This document shows, piece after piece, positions 1 to 12,889 of a DNA stretch of 64,000 bases. Below the pieces are notes generated by a model that was not told the origin of the DNA, searched no databases, and worked only from the letters and a program-made list of their open reading frames with translations. The stretch comes from Octopus vulgaris (Eukaryota): positions 25,358,001 to 25,422,000 of the forward strand of contig OX597826.1 in NCBI GenBank assembly GCA_951406725.2, given 5' to 3'. The stretch's first letter is position 1, and each line of letters begins with the position of its first letter. The position numbers and the translations under genes are program-made.

Positions 1-109
1 ACCTTGTGACTCATTGGATCCTGTCAAGCTGCCCAATCAATGCCACTATGGAGCACAGATGTTAAATGATGATAAGACATACACACACACACACATACAA
101 ATGTGAGCA

Positions 110-146
<37 letters not shown>

Positions 147-147
147 A

Positions 148-321
148 TCATCATCATCATTTAATGTCCGCTTTCCATGTTAGCATGGGTTGGACGATTT
201 GACTGAGGAGTAGCAAACCAGATGGCTGCGCCAGGCTCCAATCTGATCTGGCAGAGTTTCTACAGCTGGATGCCCTTCCTAACGCCAACAACTCCGAGAG
301 TGTAGTGGGTGCTTTTACGTG

Positions 322-370
<49 letters not shown>

Positions 371-540
371 ACAGTCTGGCGGTACTGGCAACGGCCATGC
401 TCAAATGGAGTTTTTTATGTGCCACCTGCACAGGAGTCAGTCCAGCAGCACTGGCAACGACCTCGCTCGAATGTTTTGTTCATGTGCCAGTAAGGCAACA
501 CTGGTAATCATCATGCTGAAATGGTGCTTTTTACATGCCA
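148..540 (-). mobile_element. 3' UTR fragment of the RTE LINE family with (ATG)n tail, interrupted by (TA)n
   Basis: Matches 5915-6240, the 3' UTR of the RTE copy. Shared motifs are ctggatgcccttcctaacgc and repeated ggtgcttttacgtgccacc. The (CAT)n run on + is the tail. Further short copies lie near 2650-2840, 3300-3485, 4090-4270, 10180-10330, 14095-14610, 24660-24925, 38155-38380, 61050-61200 and 61910-62095. Confidence 0.7.
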
Positions 541-543
541 CTG

Positions 544-578
<35 letters not shown>

Positions 579-1049
579 TACACACACATATGTGTGTATG
601 TATACACACATACACACACTAAGGATTTAGTAAAATACAATACTGAAGAATGTAAAAAAAGGTTTACACAAGGAAAAGCAATGAGAGTAATATGTTTGGA
701 ATTGCAGACATGTTAAACATTTACATATAACCATATATCGATTGTTATGGAACCTATTTCAAACTTGATAACTATATGTGTATATTCATATGTGTATGCC
801 TGTGCATACGAGTGTGTGTATATGCATATAAATATATGTTCATAGACACATATATATGCGTATATATACATAGGCACACACACACACGTATGTATTTACA
901 CACACAAGTAAGCGGAAATAATGTGAATGTTTATGTTGATTTATATAGGTACACAAAAGAAAATTCATATATGGAAAAATGTATATGAATGCTTGTTAAC
1001 GAATGTGTGTATTTATATCGTCATTTTAAATCCATGTTTCCTTGTTGGC

Positions 1050-1081
<32 letters not shown>

Positions 1082-1442
1082 GTGTGTATATATACTATAT
1101 ATGTATGGTTGTGTGTGTATATATACATATATGTATGTATACACACATATGCACAATACTCATTGTAGATATGTAAAATGTACACTTTTAACCCATAAAC
1201 ATATACAGATATGTGTATGCACACAAACACACATATACATATATATTATATATATTATATACATTATACACACACACACATAAGTAGCTTGAAATAAATC
1301 TTCTCAACATTTTGCAAGAAACCATCAGACCCTCCCCCCCACACACACACACACACCATCCACCACCTTCCACACACAACCACTGCCATGACCACCAACA
1401 CCACCACCATCTCCGTCAGTGCTTCAATTATAAAACTTGTTT

Positions 1443-1522
1443 GTTGCCATGGTATCAGGATGCTGCAGTTAGTTAGTTTTGCTTTTCAATTTCTTGTGTT
1501 ATTTAAACGTTGCTATGGTAAC
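1443..1522. promoter_or_regulatory. Pair of RFX X-box-like palindromes
   Basis: GTTGCCATGGTATC (1443-1456) and GTTGCTATGGTAAC (1509-1522) fit the X-box consensus GTYNCCATGGNAAC. Both are in non-repetitive sequence. Confidence 0.45.
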
Positions 1523-2051
1523 GCTTCTGGTGAATGCTGGCCAGGCCAAGCCAAGCAGGCAACCAAGAAACACACAAGCAGACAGACAGACAGACAGAAA
1601 GCTGGCTGCCTGGTTGGTTGGTTGGTTGGCCAGTAGAATACAGAAGCAATGCTTTGCAATAAGCACTGCTGTCTTGGTATGATGGCAGCACACACACACA
1701 CATTATTTGTGTGTGTGTGTGTGTGTGTGTGTTTGTGTGTTCTATCAGGTTCGAAATTTTCACTGGATATAGGTAATTTGAATAAAGTTAATTTTGGTTT
1801 CTATTTTTTTCCCCCTAATCTTTTTTTCCTGTTGTTATTGTTTTATTGTTTTATTCTGCTTTTCTTTTTTTATTCCTATTTTATTAATATTTTCATCATT
1901 TATTTATGTATATATCAATTTTTTTTTAGTTATTCTGTGAGGATTGCTGGCTTCAAATTTCAGATATTCTAAATCTGAAAATGCAACTTACAACTTACAA
2001 ACACACGCAATATACATACATATATCTCTACACATACATACATACATACAT

Positions 2052-2345
2052 AGTGAGTGGATTTGGTAGACGGAAACTGAAAGAAGCCCGTCGTATATAT
2101 GTATATATATATGTGTGTGCGTGTATGTTTGTGTGTCTGTGTCTGTCCCCCTAGCATTGTTTGACAACCGATGCTGGTGTGTTTACGTCCCCGTCACTTA
2201 GCGGTTCGGCAAAAGAGCCCGATAGAATAAGTACTGGGCTTACAAAAGAATAAGTCCCGGGGTCGAGTTGCTCGATTAAAGGCGGTGCTCCAGCATGGCC
2301 GCAGTCAAATGACTGAAACAAGTAAAAGAGTAAAGAGTAAAGAGT
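2052..2345 (+). mobile_element. SINE family A, 5'-truncated
   Basis: Contains gtgagtggatttggtagacggaaactgaaagaagccc, an internal (TA/TG)n, and the 3' end ggcggtgctccagcatggccgcagtcaaatgactgaaac followed by an (AAAGAGT)n tail. Confidence 0.8.
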
Positions 2346-2444
2346 CGTCTAAGAATCCATAAATCAGAAAAAATATACACTCATAGATTTGTCAATAGTG
2401 TGGGTATGATACTGAGTACTTCAATTAATACATACATACATACA

Positions 2445-2560
2445 TCATCATCATTGTTCGACCATGGTTGAGATAATGGAATTTACCATGCTACGCCAGA
2501 CTTCACGGTCCATCATAGCATTACAGAGGTCCTGTTGCTGGATGCCTGTATCCTTGGACG
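2445..2560 (-). mobile_element. Short 3'-terminal remnant of another RTE-like LINE
   Basis: Translation ...DLCNAMMDREVWRSMVNSI..* resembles the RTE C-terminal 'A.DR..WR' motif and is followed by a (TGA)n tail. Confidence 0.45.
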
Positions 2561-2859
2561 TTAAATGACAATGATGATGAGGATGTGTGTATATATATGT
2601 ATGTATGTATGTATTCTTCATAGATATATACATATATATATACTCATCCTCATCATCATTGTCATTTAATGTCTGCTTTCCATGCTGGCATAGGTTGGAC
2701 AGTTTGACAGGAGCTGGCTAGCTAGAGTGCTGTACCAGACTCCAGTGATCTGTTCTGGCGGCATGGTTTGTATGGCTTGATGTCCTTCCTAACACCAACC
2801 ATTTTAAAGAGTGTACTGGGTGCTTTTTACGTGGCATTGACAAATACATACATACATTC

Positions 2860-2894
<35 letters not shown>

Positions 2895-3191
2895 ATATAT
2901 ATAAATTAGAAAAAAAACACCTTTTATCACTTTTTTTCTAATTTATATATATATACATATATATTTGATTTAGTATTTCTAAACTGAATTTTTCCCTGTA
3001 AGTTTCGAATAATATCCAGCCGTAGAAACACTGCCAGATCTGACTGGGCCTGACGAAGCCTTCCAGCTTAACAGACCCCAGTTGAACCGTCCAACCCATG
3101 CTATATACATAAGTTGGTTAATAAATTATGTGAATGGGTATTATCTGGTAGTTGATGATTGATTAAAGTGTATTCCTCCATTTTCTTATTT

Positions 3192-3234
<43 letters not shown>

Positions 3235-3669
3235 TATATACATAAACATAAATTATATATATATATACATTATATATATAAATATAAATTATATATATCA
3301 TCATCATCATCATCATTTAGCATCTGCTTTCTATGCTGGCATGGGTCAGACGGTTTGACTGAAACCGATAAGCTGGAAGGCTACACCAGGTTCCATTCTG
3401 ATTTGGCATGGTTCCTATGGTTGGATCCCCTTCCTAATGCCAACCACTCCAAGAGTGTAATGGGTGGGTTTTACGTAACACCAGTGCACACACACACACA
3501 CATTTTGATGTACAGATATATGCACTTCAAAATGTACCTGTACGCTCCTTACATACACCCCACTCCATATACACACCTGCTACCTTGAAATCTAAACTGA
3601 AACTGTGTACAAAACCATGGAACCTGGAACCATTCTGAGATTGGCAAACAAAGCAGAAGCAGTGCAATG

Positions 3670-4055
3670 CAAATGAATCACCACCACCACCATCACCACC
3701 ACCAACAACAACAACTACGACGCCGACGCCGACAACCATCCCAACAATCATAATCTTCACCAACGCTGTAACCACTCCTGCAACCGTCATTATTACTAAC
3801 ACCCTTGACTGCACTACCACCACCATAATCACTGTCATTACCTTTAGTTAATCATCACCTTAACCATCACCACATCATCATCACTCTCATCACCACTACT
3901 AACACCACCACCACCATCGTCACCATCATCACTGCTATCATCATCATTGCTGTCACCCACATCAACTCCCACCACCACTACTCCACAACCATAATCACCA
4001 CCCACCACCACCGTCACAATCATTAATGTCATGATCATCCTGACCATCATCAACA
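3670..4055. repeat. Degenerate (CAC/CAT)n low-complexity tract
   Basis: Trinucleotide CAC/CAT/AAC repeats visible directly. Confidence 0.85.
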
Positions 4056-4289
4056 GTAGCTAAATCTCCCTCAAACCATATATCATTATCATTTGTTTTA
4101 ACATCCTCTTTCTTATGCTTGCATGGGTCAGACGGAATTTGTTGAGGTAGATTTCCTACAGCTGGATGCCCTTCCTGTTACTAACCTTCACCTGTTTTCA
4201 AGTAAGATAAACATTTCCCCTGTGGCCAGACTTGTTTTTATGTAAGACTGGAAATGAAGGACACTGTTTGTATGGCAGTGATTAACACT

Positions 4290-4697
4290 GCCCCCACCTC
4301 CCTCCATATTTGACTGGTACTTTATTTTATCAGCTCTGGAGGGATGAACAGCAAAGTTAACTGTTGCAGGATTTGAACTCAGGGACATCAAAAACCAGAA
4401 CAAATACCACCACAAGATATTTTTAATGTTCTAACAATTCTACCAATCCACAGACCTAAATAATAATAATAATAATAACAATAATAATAATAATAATCCT
4501 TTACTAAAGGCACAAGGCCTGAAATTTGGGGGGAGGGGACTAATTGACTGCATTGACCTCAGTGTTTCACTGGTACTTAATTTATCAACCACGAGGCAAA
4601 GTCAACCATGGCAGAATTTGAACTCAGAATGTAAAGACAGATGAAATGCTGCTAAACATCTTGCCTGGAGTGCTAATGATTCTGCCAGCTTGCTACC

Positions 4698-4735
<38 letters not shown>

Positions 4736-5180
4736 CTTTTCTACTATAGGCACAAGGCCTGAAATTTGGGGGAGGGGGCTAGTCAATTACATTGACCCCA
4801 GTACTCAGCTGGTACTTAATTTATTGATCCCAAAAGGATGAAAGGCAATATCTACCTCAGCGGAATTTGAACTCAGAACATAAGGACAAACAAAATGCCA
4901 CTACGCATTTTGCCTGGTGTAATAACTATTCTACCAGCTCACCGCTTCAATAATAATAATAATATGGCTTCAAATTTTGCCACAAGGGCAGCAGTTTTGA
5001 GTGCGGGGATGAGTCAATTATATTGACCCCAGTGTTAAATTGGTAATTATTTTATCGACCCTTAAAAAGATGGGAAACAAAATCAACCTCGGTGGAATTT
5101 GAACTCAGAACCTAAGGATAGACAAAATGTTGCTAAACATTTTGCTTGGCATGTTAACAATTCTGCCAGTTTGTCAGCTT
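4290..5180 (-). mobile_element. Cluster of about 4 tandem SINE family B copies separated by (AAT)n
   Basis: Repeated unit cacaaggcctgaaattt...gaccccagt...ggtacttaatttat...aaaggatgaaaggcaa...ggaatttgaactcagaa. Its core (ctttgcctttcatcctttcggggtcgataaa) resembles the Nin/Deu SINE domain as recalled. Confidence 0.75.
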
Positions 5181-5205
5181 AATAGTAATAATAGTAATAA
5201 TAGTA

Positions 5206-5288
<83 letters not shown>

Positions 5289-5914
5289 GTAGTAGTAGTA
5301 AAAATAATGATAATATATTGCTAAAATTCACTGGAAGATTTATCAGTTTTATATCAAGGAGATATCAAATTAATGATAGCTCATGAACATCATCACCACC
5401 ATCACCATCATCATCATTCCCATTATCTTGCATCTTGACACCACCACCACCACCACCATCATCACCATGGTTATATCTAATTTTCAAATGAAACTTTCCA
5501 CAGTGTTATCAATAAGCTGAGTCTCCATATGAACTGGATGACGTTTGGTTATCTTAAGTATATTACGTACGCAAACGTACCACACACACACGTTCATGAT
5601 TACTGATATGCACATGCAGACATATATGAATACATACAGCTGTGTAAACACATATGCATACACGCACAGAAATAGATGCAGGCACATACATGCGTATGCC
5701 TATATACATGCATATGATTAGAGAAAAGTGTATATATACATATATATATATGTATACATATATGTGCGTGTGTATATATATGTATATATATATATAACGG
5801 CGGTGCATCAGCATGGCCGCAGCTCTGAGCTGAAACAAGAAAAAAAAAATATATATATATATATATTTGTATACATATATGTGTGAGCATGTGTGTATAT
5901 ATATATATATCATT

Positions 5915-8779
5915 ATCATCATCATTTAGCGTCCGCTTTCCATGCTAGCATGGGTTGGATGGTTCAACTGGGGTCTGTGAAGCCAGAAGGCTGCATCAGG
6001 CCCAGTCTGATCTGGCAGTGTTTCTACGGCTGGATGCCCTTCCTAACGCTAACCACTCCGTGAGTGTAGTGGGTGCTTTTTACGTGCCACCGGCACGGGG
6101 GCCAGGCGAGGCTGGCAATGGCCATGAACGGATGGTGCTTTTTACGTGCCACCGGCACAGAGGCCAGTCGGGGCGGTGCTGGCAACAGCCACGATCGGAT
6201 GGTTCGCTTACTTGTCACCAGCACTGGTATCACAGCTGCAATTTCCATTGATGTTGATCGACTTCGATTTTGGTTCTGCTTTCTGATATCTGATTTGATT
6301 TGGTTTGATTTTGATTTTTGATTTTCACTTGCCTCAACAGGTCTTCACAAGTGGAGTTTTGTGTCCCAAGAAGGAAAGGTATGTATAAGTCGACTGGCTA
6401 CATACCAGGTAGAGGCCACGGGTTATGGTCTCACTAGTCTTGCCGGGTCTTCTCACGCACAGCATACTTCCATAGGTCTCGGTCTCTAGTCATTTCCTTA
6501 GTGAGACCTAAAGTTCGAAGGTTGTGCTTCACCTCCTCGTCCCAGGTTTTCCTAGGTCTACCTCTTCCACAGGTTCCCTCAACTGCTAGGGTGTGGCACT
6601 TTTGCACACAACTATCTTCAGCCATTCTCGTCACATACCAGTGCAAACGTCTCTCTTGCACACCACAACTGATGCTTCTTAGGTTCAACTTTTCTCTCAA
6701 GGTACTTACACTCTGTCGATTATGAACACTGACATTACACATCCATTGGAGCATACTGGCTTCATTTCTTGCGAGCTTACGCATATCCTCAGCAGTCACA
6801 GCCCATGTTTCACTACCATGTAGCATGGCTGTACGTACACATGCATCATACAGTCTGCCTTTTACTCTGAGCGAGAGGCCTTTTGTCACCAGCAGGGGTA
6901 AGAGCTCCCTAAACTTTGCCCAGGCTATTCTTACTCTAGCAGTTACACTTTCAGCACACCCACACCCGCTACTGACTTGGTCACCTAGGTAGCGGAAGCT
7001 ATCAACTACTTCTAGTTTTTCTCCCTGGAACGTGGTAGAAGTTGGTCTCTGCACATTTTCAGTGTTTATTGCTCCTGAGCATCTGCCACAGACAAAAACT
7101 ATTTTCCTAGTTAGCCTTCCTTTGACATTGCTGCACCTCTTATGTGTCCATAGCTTACACTTTGTGCACCTTATAGAGTTTCTACCTACACCTTTTTTAC
7201 AGATCGAGCAGGGCCATCTACCTGAAGGCATTTGTGATTGGTCTACCTTCCTACTTATTAGGACTTTGGTTTTGGCTAAGTTGATTCTAAGGCCCTTCGA
7301 TTCTAATCCTTGCTTCCACACCTGAAACTTCTCCTCCAGTTCTGATAGTGACTCAGCAATTAGAGCAAGGTCATCAGCATAGAGGAGCTCCCAGGGGGCA
7401 TCCTGTCTTGAATTCCTCCACAATTGCCTGCAGGACTATGATAAATAGGAGGGGACTGAGGACTGAACCTTGGTGGACCCCAACCTCTACCCGGAATTCT
7501 TCACTGTACTCGTTGCCAACCCTCACCTTACTAGAAGCGTCTCTGTACATGGCTCGCACAGCTCTCACTAATCATTCATCTATCCCTAATTTCCTCATTG
7601 ACCACCAGATAAGGGATTGGGGGATCCTGTCGAAGGCTTTCTCCATGTCAACAAAAGCCAGGTACAGGGGCTTTACCTTTGGCTAGGTATTTCTCCTGCA
7701 GCTGTCTTACCAGGAATATAGCATCAGTAGTACTTTTCCCTGGCATGAACCCAAACTGCATCTCATCTAAACTAACTCTCTCTCTAATTAGTTGGGCTAT
7801 AACCCTCTCCGTAACCTTCATTACCTGATCCAGCAGCTTGATACCCCTGTAGTTATTTGTATCAGGGCATCACCTTTACCTTTGTAGCAGTTGGCTATTA
7901 TGCTGCTACACCAGTCATTAGGTATGACTCCTTTGTGTTAACTATACGGGTAACTAGGCTATAGCCGACACTACCAGATATTTTGAGCATCTCTGCAGTA
8001 ATTCCTGATGGGCCTGGGGCTTTCCCTGTTTTCATGCTTGTAATTGCCTTAACTACTAAGGAACTGTCAACTCGGATTGCTGGTCCCTCTGTTGGGTCGA
8101 CATTCGGCAGACTCTCTTTATCCCATTCATTTTCCTCATTCAGCAACCTTTCATAGTGGCGTCTCCAAACCTCTCTCTTTGCATCCTCATTTAGCGCAAG
8201 TGAACTGTCATCCTTGCGAACACATTTCTCTCCTACCACATCACGATTCTCTCTCACACACTGTCTTGCAACATGAAATACCTCAAGTCTTTCATCCTCA
8301 TGGCGCAGAACATTGGCAAATTTTTTCTTATCTGCTTCCCCTCTGGCTAAATACACCTGCCTCCTAGCTTCCCTTCTGGCAGTCAGATACACTTCCCTGC
8401 TACCACCGTTCTTCCAGTCTTTCCAAGCCTGTTTCTTTTGTCTAATAGCCCTGTCAACAATATTGTTCCACCACCACATTATTTTGGGTCTTGAGGAGAC
8501 TTTGCACCAGCCACAGATCTGGCCAGTGGCTTTCAGCAGGTTGTCCCTTAGAAGCGTCCAGTTGTCTTCTACCCCATGTGTAGCTATACCCCCTTCTATT
8601 TCGTCAAAGGCTTCAAGTAACATGTATCTAAATCTCTGTCCATTCACAGGGTCTTTAAGCTTCCAGACCCTTCTTCTCCATGTTGGTCGTCTTCTAGTCG
8701 TCCTCTTAGTCCTGATCCTAAAGTTACTAACTACCAGTCTATGTTGTGGGGTACATTCTTCGCCTGGGAAGGTTTTGGC
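5915..8779 (-). mobile_element. RTE-clade non-LTR retrotransposon, 5'-truncated and frameshifted
   Basis: Fragments include the end of the APE domain ([16 protein letters not shown]), 'MKTGKAPGPSGI', 'GVHQGSVLSPLLF', 'LLYADD' (7370-7381), 'FRYLG' and 'RGRPRKTW'. A 3' UTR and (ATG)n tail follow. Confidence 0.92.
6434..8770 (-). pseudogene. Disrupted RTE ORF (endonuclease-reverse transcriptase), with PHD-like insertion
   Basis: ORF pieces 7898-8647, 7374-7568 and 6434-7423 lie in different frames. The 'GH' of WYGHV is deleted relative to the copy at 30876. Confidence 0.88.
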
Positions 8780-8845
8780 ATATATATATATATATATATA
8801 TTATATATTTGTATACATATATGTGTGTGTGTATATATATAAATA

Positions 8846-8892
<47 letters not shown>

Positions 8893-8894
<2 letters not shown>

Positions 8895-9153
8895 ATTAAT
8901 AGATAAAATAAAACGTATGCATATATACATACATATATGTACGTTCCTACCTCTACATGTATATATATATGCATATATGCGTACAGGACACCAAAAAACG
9001 TCGAACACAAGGAGAAACGAAAACATAAACACAAAACCAAGGAAATGGACATTTTTCTGAAACAACGAAAAAATAGAGTACAGGACATACAATACAAGGA
9101 AAATTCCCCTTCTTCAGTCGCCTTTGTTTCATCTACTCCATGTTTCGAAGGTC
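8893..9153 (-). repeat. Unclassified dispersed repeat, possibly Penelope pseudo-LTR-derived
   Basis: Homologous to 61640-61890 (+), 17430-17580 (-) and, more weakly, 10850-11000 (+). Shared motif gtcctgtacccatatatgcatgtatatatacatatagatgtagg. Confidence 0.6.
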
Positions 9154-9190
9154 ATATATATATATATATACACATACATATGTATACATA

Positions 9191-9584
9191 TACTCTTTTA
9201 CTTGTTTCAGTCATTTGACTGTGGCCATGCTGGAGCACTGCCTTTAGTCGAGCAAATCGACCCCAGGACTTATTCTTTGTAAGCCTAGTACTTATTTTAT
9301 CAGTCTCTTTTGCCGAACCGCTAAGTTACAGGGATGTAAACACACCAGCATCGGTTGCCAAGCAATGTTGGGGGGACAAACACAGACACACAAACATACA
9401 CACACACACACATATATATACACACATATATACAACGGGCTTCTTTCAGTTTCCATCAACCAAATCCACTCACGAGGCTTTGGTCAGCCCGAGGCTATAG
9501 TAGAAGACACTTGCCCAAGTAGGACTGAACCTGGAACTATGTGGTTGGTAAGCAAGCTACTTACCACACAGCCACTCCTACGCC
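9191..9584 (-). mobile_element. SINE family A (tRNA-like head, CORE-like accttgggcaagt motif, internal microsatellite)
   Basis: Reverse complement of the copies at 17971, 44047 and 50764. Confidence 0.85.
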
Positions 9585-10331
9585 TATATACATATATATC
9601 ATATGTGTGTGTGTGTGTATATGATGATGATGATAGATATATATATACGTATATATATGTATACCTATAAATGTTTATATGTACACACACACACACACAC
9701 ATATATATATACATACATACACACATATACATATATGTATACATACATATCTGCCTGCATACAGACGAGTGGACAAATACATGTTCATATCATATACATG
9801 ATTACAAACTCAAGCATGCACACATACATACATAGAAAAACACAAACACACACAGCGGTACACATGCAGACAAACATTCATATACATAACGAGACACTCC
9901 CGACAGACACAAACATATATCTGCTCATGCATACACCACGTGTGTTGGAACACATACATACCGCACATTGGCTTATAATCTGACCTTTCCCATCCTGCTC
10001 CCCCTTTGTATATTATTCCTGTTAAATCATTCAGTTTATCCAGCCACTCATTCCTTTATTCATTTATTCTGCAAGTCTCTTGTTTATTTTTAACCTTTTC
10101 AAGATGTAGTCAAGTAGCTAACAAAATGTATGTCATTACAAGTTTATATATATATATATATATACACATATATATATCATCATCATCGATTAACGTCCGT
10201 GTTCCATGCTGGCATAGGTTGGTCAGTCTGATTGAGGTCTGGAGGGCCAGCAGGTGCACCAGGCTCCAATCCGGTCTGGCAGAGTTTCTACAGCTGGATG
10301 GCCTTCCTAATGCCAACCACTCCAAAGAATG

Positions 10332-10371
<40 letters not shown>

Positions 10372-11015
10372 AGAGAGAGAAGGAGAGATAGAGATAGACA
10401 GGCAGACAGACAAACTGATAGATAGATAGATAGTTTTTTATGTATACAGACACAGATTTTACACACACATATATCTATCTAGCTATGTAATGAATAATAA
10501 TAATTACAATCCTTTCAATTATCTGCACAAGGCCTGAAATTTTTAGAGTATGTTTCTTTTTCAGATATATGATATATTGACACTCCTCCTATTGTTTTCT
10601 CTCTCATCCTTTCGCTAATTCCCTTTTTTTCTCTCCTTCACTGTTTTCTATCTGCCTCTCTCCCTCCCCCCTCTTTCTCCTTTACTCTCTCTCACTGCTC
10701 ACATGTAACCATCATCCATCTTTCTTTTCCTTACATGATCATCTTTCTTTTCTCTCAGTGCTGCCCTTTTATGTTTTCACTGTCCTGTTTTTATCCCCAA
10801 CTTTGACCCTCCATAAACCCCAAATTTTATTTTGGTATTCATATTCAATGCTCGAAATTAGGAGTAGATAGACAGCAGACAACTTTCTATTACTTGTCCT
10901 GTTTTCCATTTGTTTCTCTCGTTTGTGCATTCAATGCATTCATTTTTGTATTTCATGTTGTTTACTGTTGGTGACGTCCTGTACCCATATATGCACATGT
11001 ATGTGTGTGGGTGTG

Positions 11016-11054
<39 letters not shown>

Positions 11055-11083
11055 ATACAATATGTTACATTACTCGGTAGTCA

Positions 11084-11146
11084 AGATAAAACTCTGAGTT
11101 TCAGATGCCGAAGTGGAAATCCACAACACCATCTCTTCGGTTATCT
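11084..11146 (-). ncRNA. Hammerhead-like motif (type I, U4C core variant) in PLE pseudo-LTR
   Basis: The minus strand reads AGAUAA CCGAAGA GAUG...CAUC U GAAAC UCAGA GUU UUAUCU. Stem I is AGAUAA/UUAUCU. Confidence 0.5.
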
Positions 11147-11151
11147 GGCTA

Positions 11152-11610
11152 TGTTCATGCAGGAATAAAGAATTGTGCCCGCTAAATGGAGCTTGCATGT
11201 CCAAGACCATCATATATGAAGCTACCGTAAACTCTATAACCACTAAAGACACCGTTTCGACGAAGAAATACGTGGGCCTGACAGAGGGTAATTTCAAGGC
11301 CAGGTTCAATAACCACACTTTGAGCTTTAGGCACTGGAACAAAAGAAAAGCGACACAATTATCCAATCATATTTGGTCTTTAAGAGATAAAGGTGTCGAT
11401 TATAACATACAATGGAAGATTTTGGCCAGATGTAAGCCCTACACTAACGGCAGCGGAAGGTGCGGTTTATGCGACATGGAGAGATGGCTTATCTGGAAAA
11501 GCAGCTTAGACCCTACCACATGTCTAAATACAAGGACAGAGCTTTTCGGATCATGCCCACATGTGACTAAATTTCTGTTACGTTTTTGGTCCCCTAAAGA
11601 AAACGGATAG
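11152..11610 (+). pseudogene. GIY-YIG endonuclease domain of a Penelope-like element (5'-truncated, frame open)
   Basis: CSC..CPLNGAC, IIY...YVG.T, FKARFNNH, LSNHIW, C..C..E and LN...E....CPH are typical of the PLE C-terminal GIY-YIG domain. Confidence 0.82.
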
Positions 11611-12851
11611 AACATGCTTTCTGTGTTATGTCCCAAGAAGATTTTATATATTTTTATATATTTTTATGTATTTTTATATAATTTTTATGACGAAAAACGC
11701 GAGCGATGTATAAGTACACAGGCAAAGCAGAGTTATAACAGAGTAATTTCCCTTCATTTTTAACGGTATTTTTTCATAACGTTTTCAAATAGCCAGATAA
11801 CCGAAGAGATGGTGTTGTGGATTTCCACTTCGGCGACTACCGAGTAATGTAACATATTGTATAGATAAATTTCCTCTATTTACATAATATTGAGGTCTCT
11901 TTCTTTCTTTTGTTATCTTACCGTTTTATCAATATATATATATATATATATATCCTTAAATCCTTAAAAATGTTTTAGCCCGAAGGCCGCGGCCATGCTG
12001 GGGCACACATACACATATGTATGTATGTATGTATATACACACACACAAACACACACACACACATATTGTGTATATACACATCTTATACACAGCAGTTCTG
12101 GTTGTGTGGTTAAAAAGCTTCTCAGACACATGTTTCGGGTTCAGTTTCACTGCGTGGCAACTTAGGCAAATGTCTTCAAGCTGACAAATGCCATCAGAGT
12201 GAATTTGGCTGACAGAAACTGTGTGGCTGCCAGTCATGTCTATATGTGTGCAGATATATACACATACATCTTTCTCTCTGTATATATGTGCGTGTGTGTG
12301 TGTATATATACATACACACTTACAAACACACAAAAACACATAGATGCTATACACACGTAGGCCTAGCTATAAAACGAAATCTACTACTAAACACTAGACA
12401 TTAGTTTAACTTCAACTTGACCTTTATTGAACCTAATCTGCTATAAAAACTCATAGAAACTTTTATGAATGAACTCTCTTTAAGTCTCCTTATACCTTAT
12501 TTCTTCAGCAGACCAAATTTTATATTCTTCACTAACTCCATAAGTTCAAGAAGAGAACAAAGAAATTTGAATATTATTCAATAGTTTGTAGCTGAACAGT
12601 GGAACTCTATGAGAAAGTTAATGTGATAGTAAAAGTCAACACATGGACTTCTAAAGAATATATATGTGTATATGTGTGTGTGTATGCACATAAATATAAT
12701 GCCTCTACAGATGCATCTATAAATATTTATGTGTGTGTGTGTATATATATATATATAGATTTATATATTAACAGTTCTCTCTAGCGTGCAAGGAGTCCTA
12801 ATGATGGATGCCTCTTATGTGTTTAAATGTACACTGTATTTTATATATACA

Positions 12852-12889
<38 letters not shown>

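Larger units (their letters stand above)
11050..11930 (+). mobile_element. Penelope-like element remnant: inverted pseudo-LTR, GIY-YIG end, direct pseudo-LTR
   Basis: 11050-11151 is the reverse complement of 11790-11867 apart from a 24-nt indel. The pair flanks a GIY-YIG coding segment, the typical PLE arrangement. Confidence 0.8.

Noticed and set aside
640-690. Hammerhead-like CUGAAGA-UGUAAA...UUUACA-CAAG-GAAA
   Set aside because: Extra bases precede GAAA and there is no convincing stem I or stem III.
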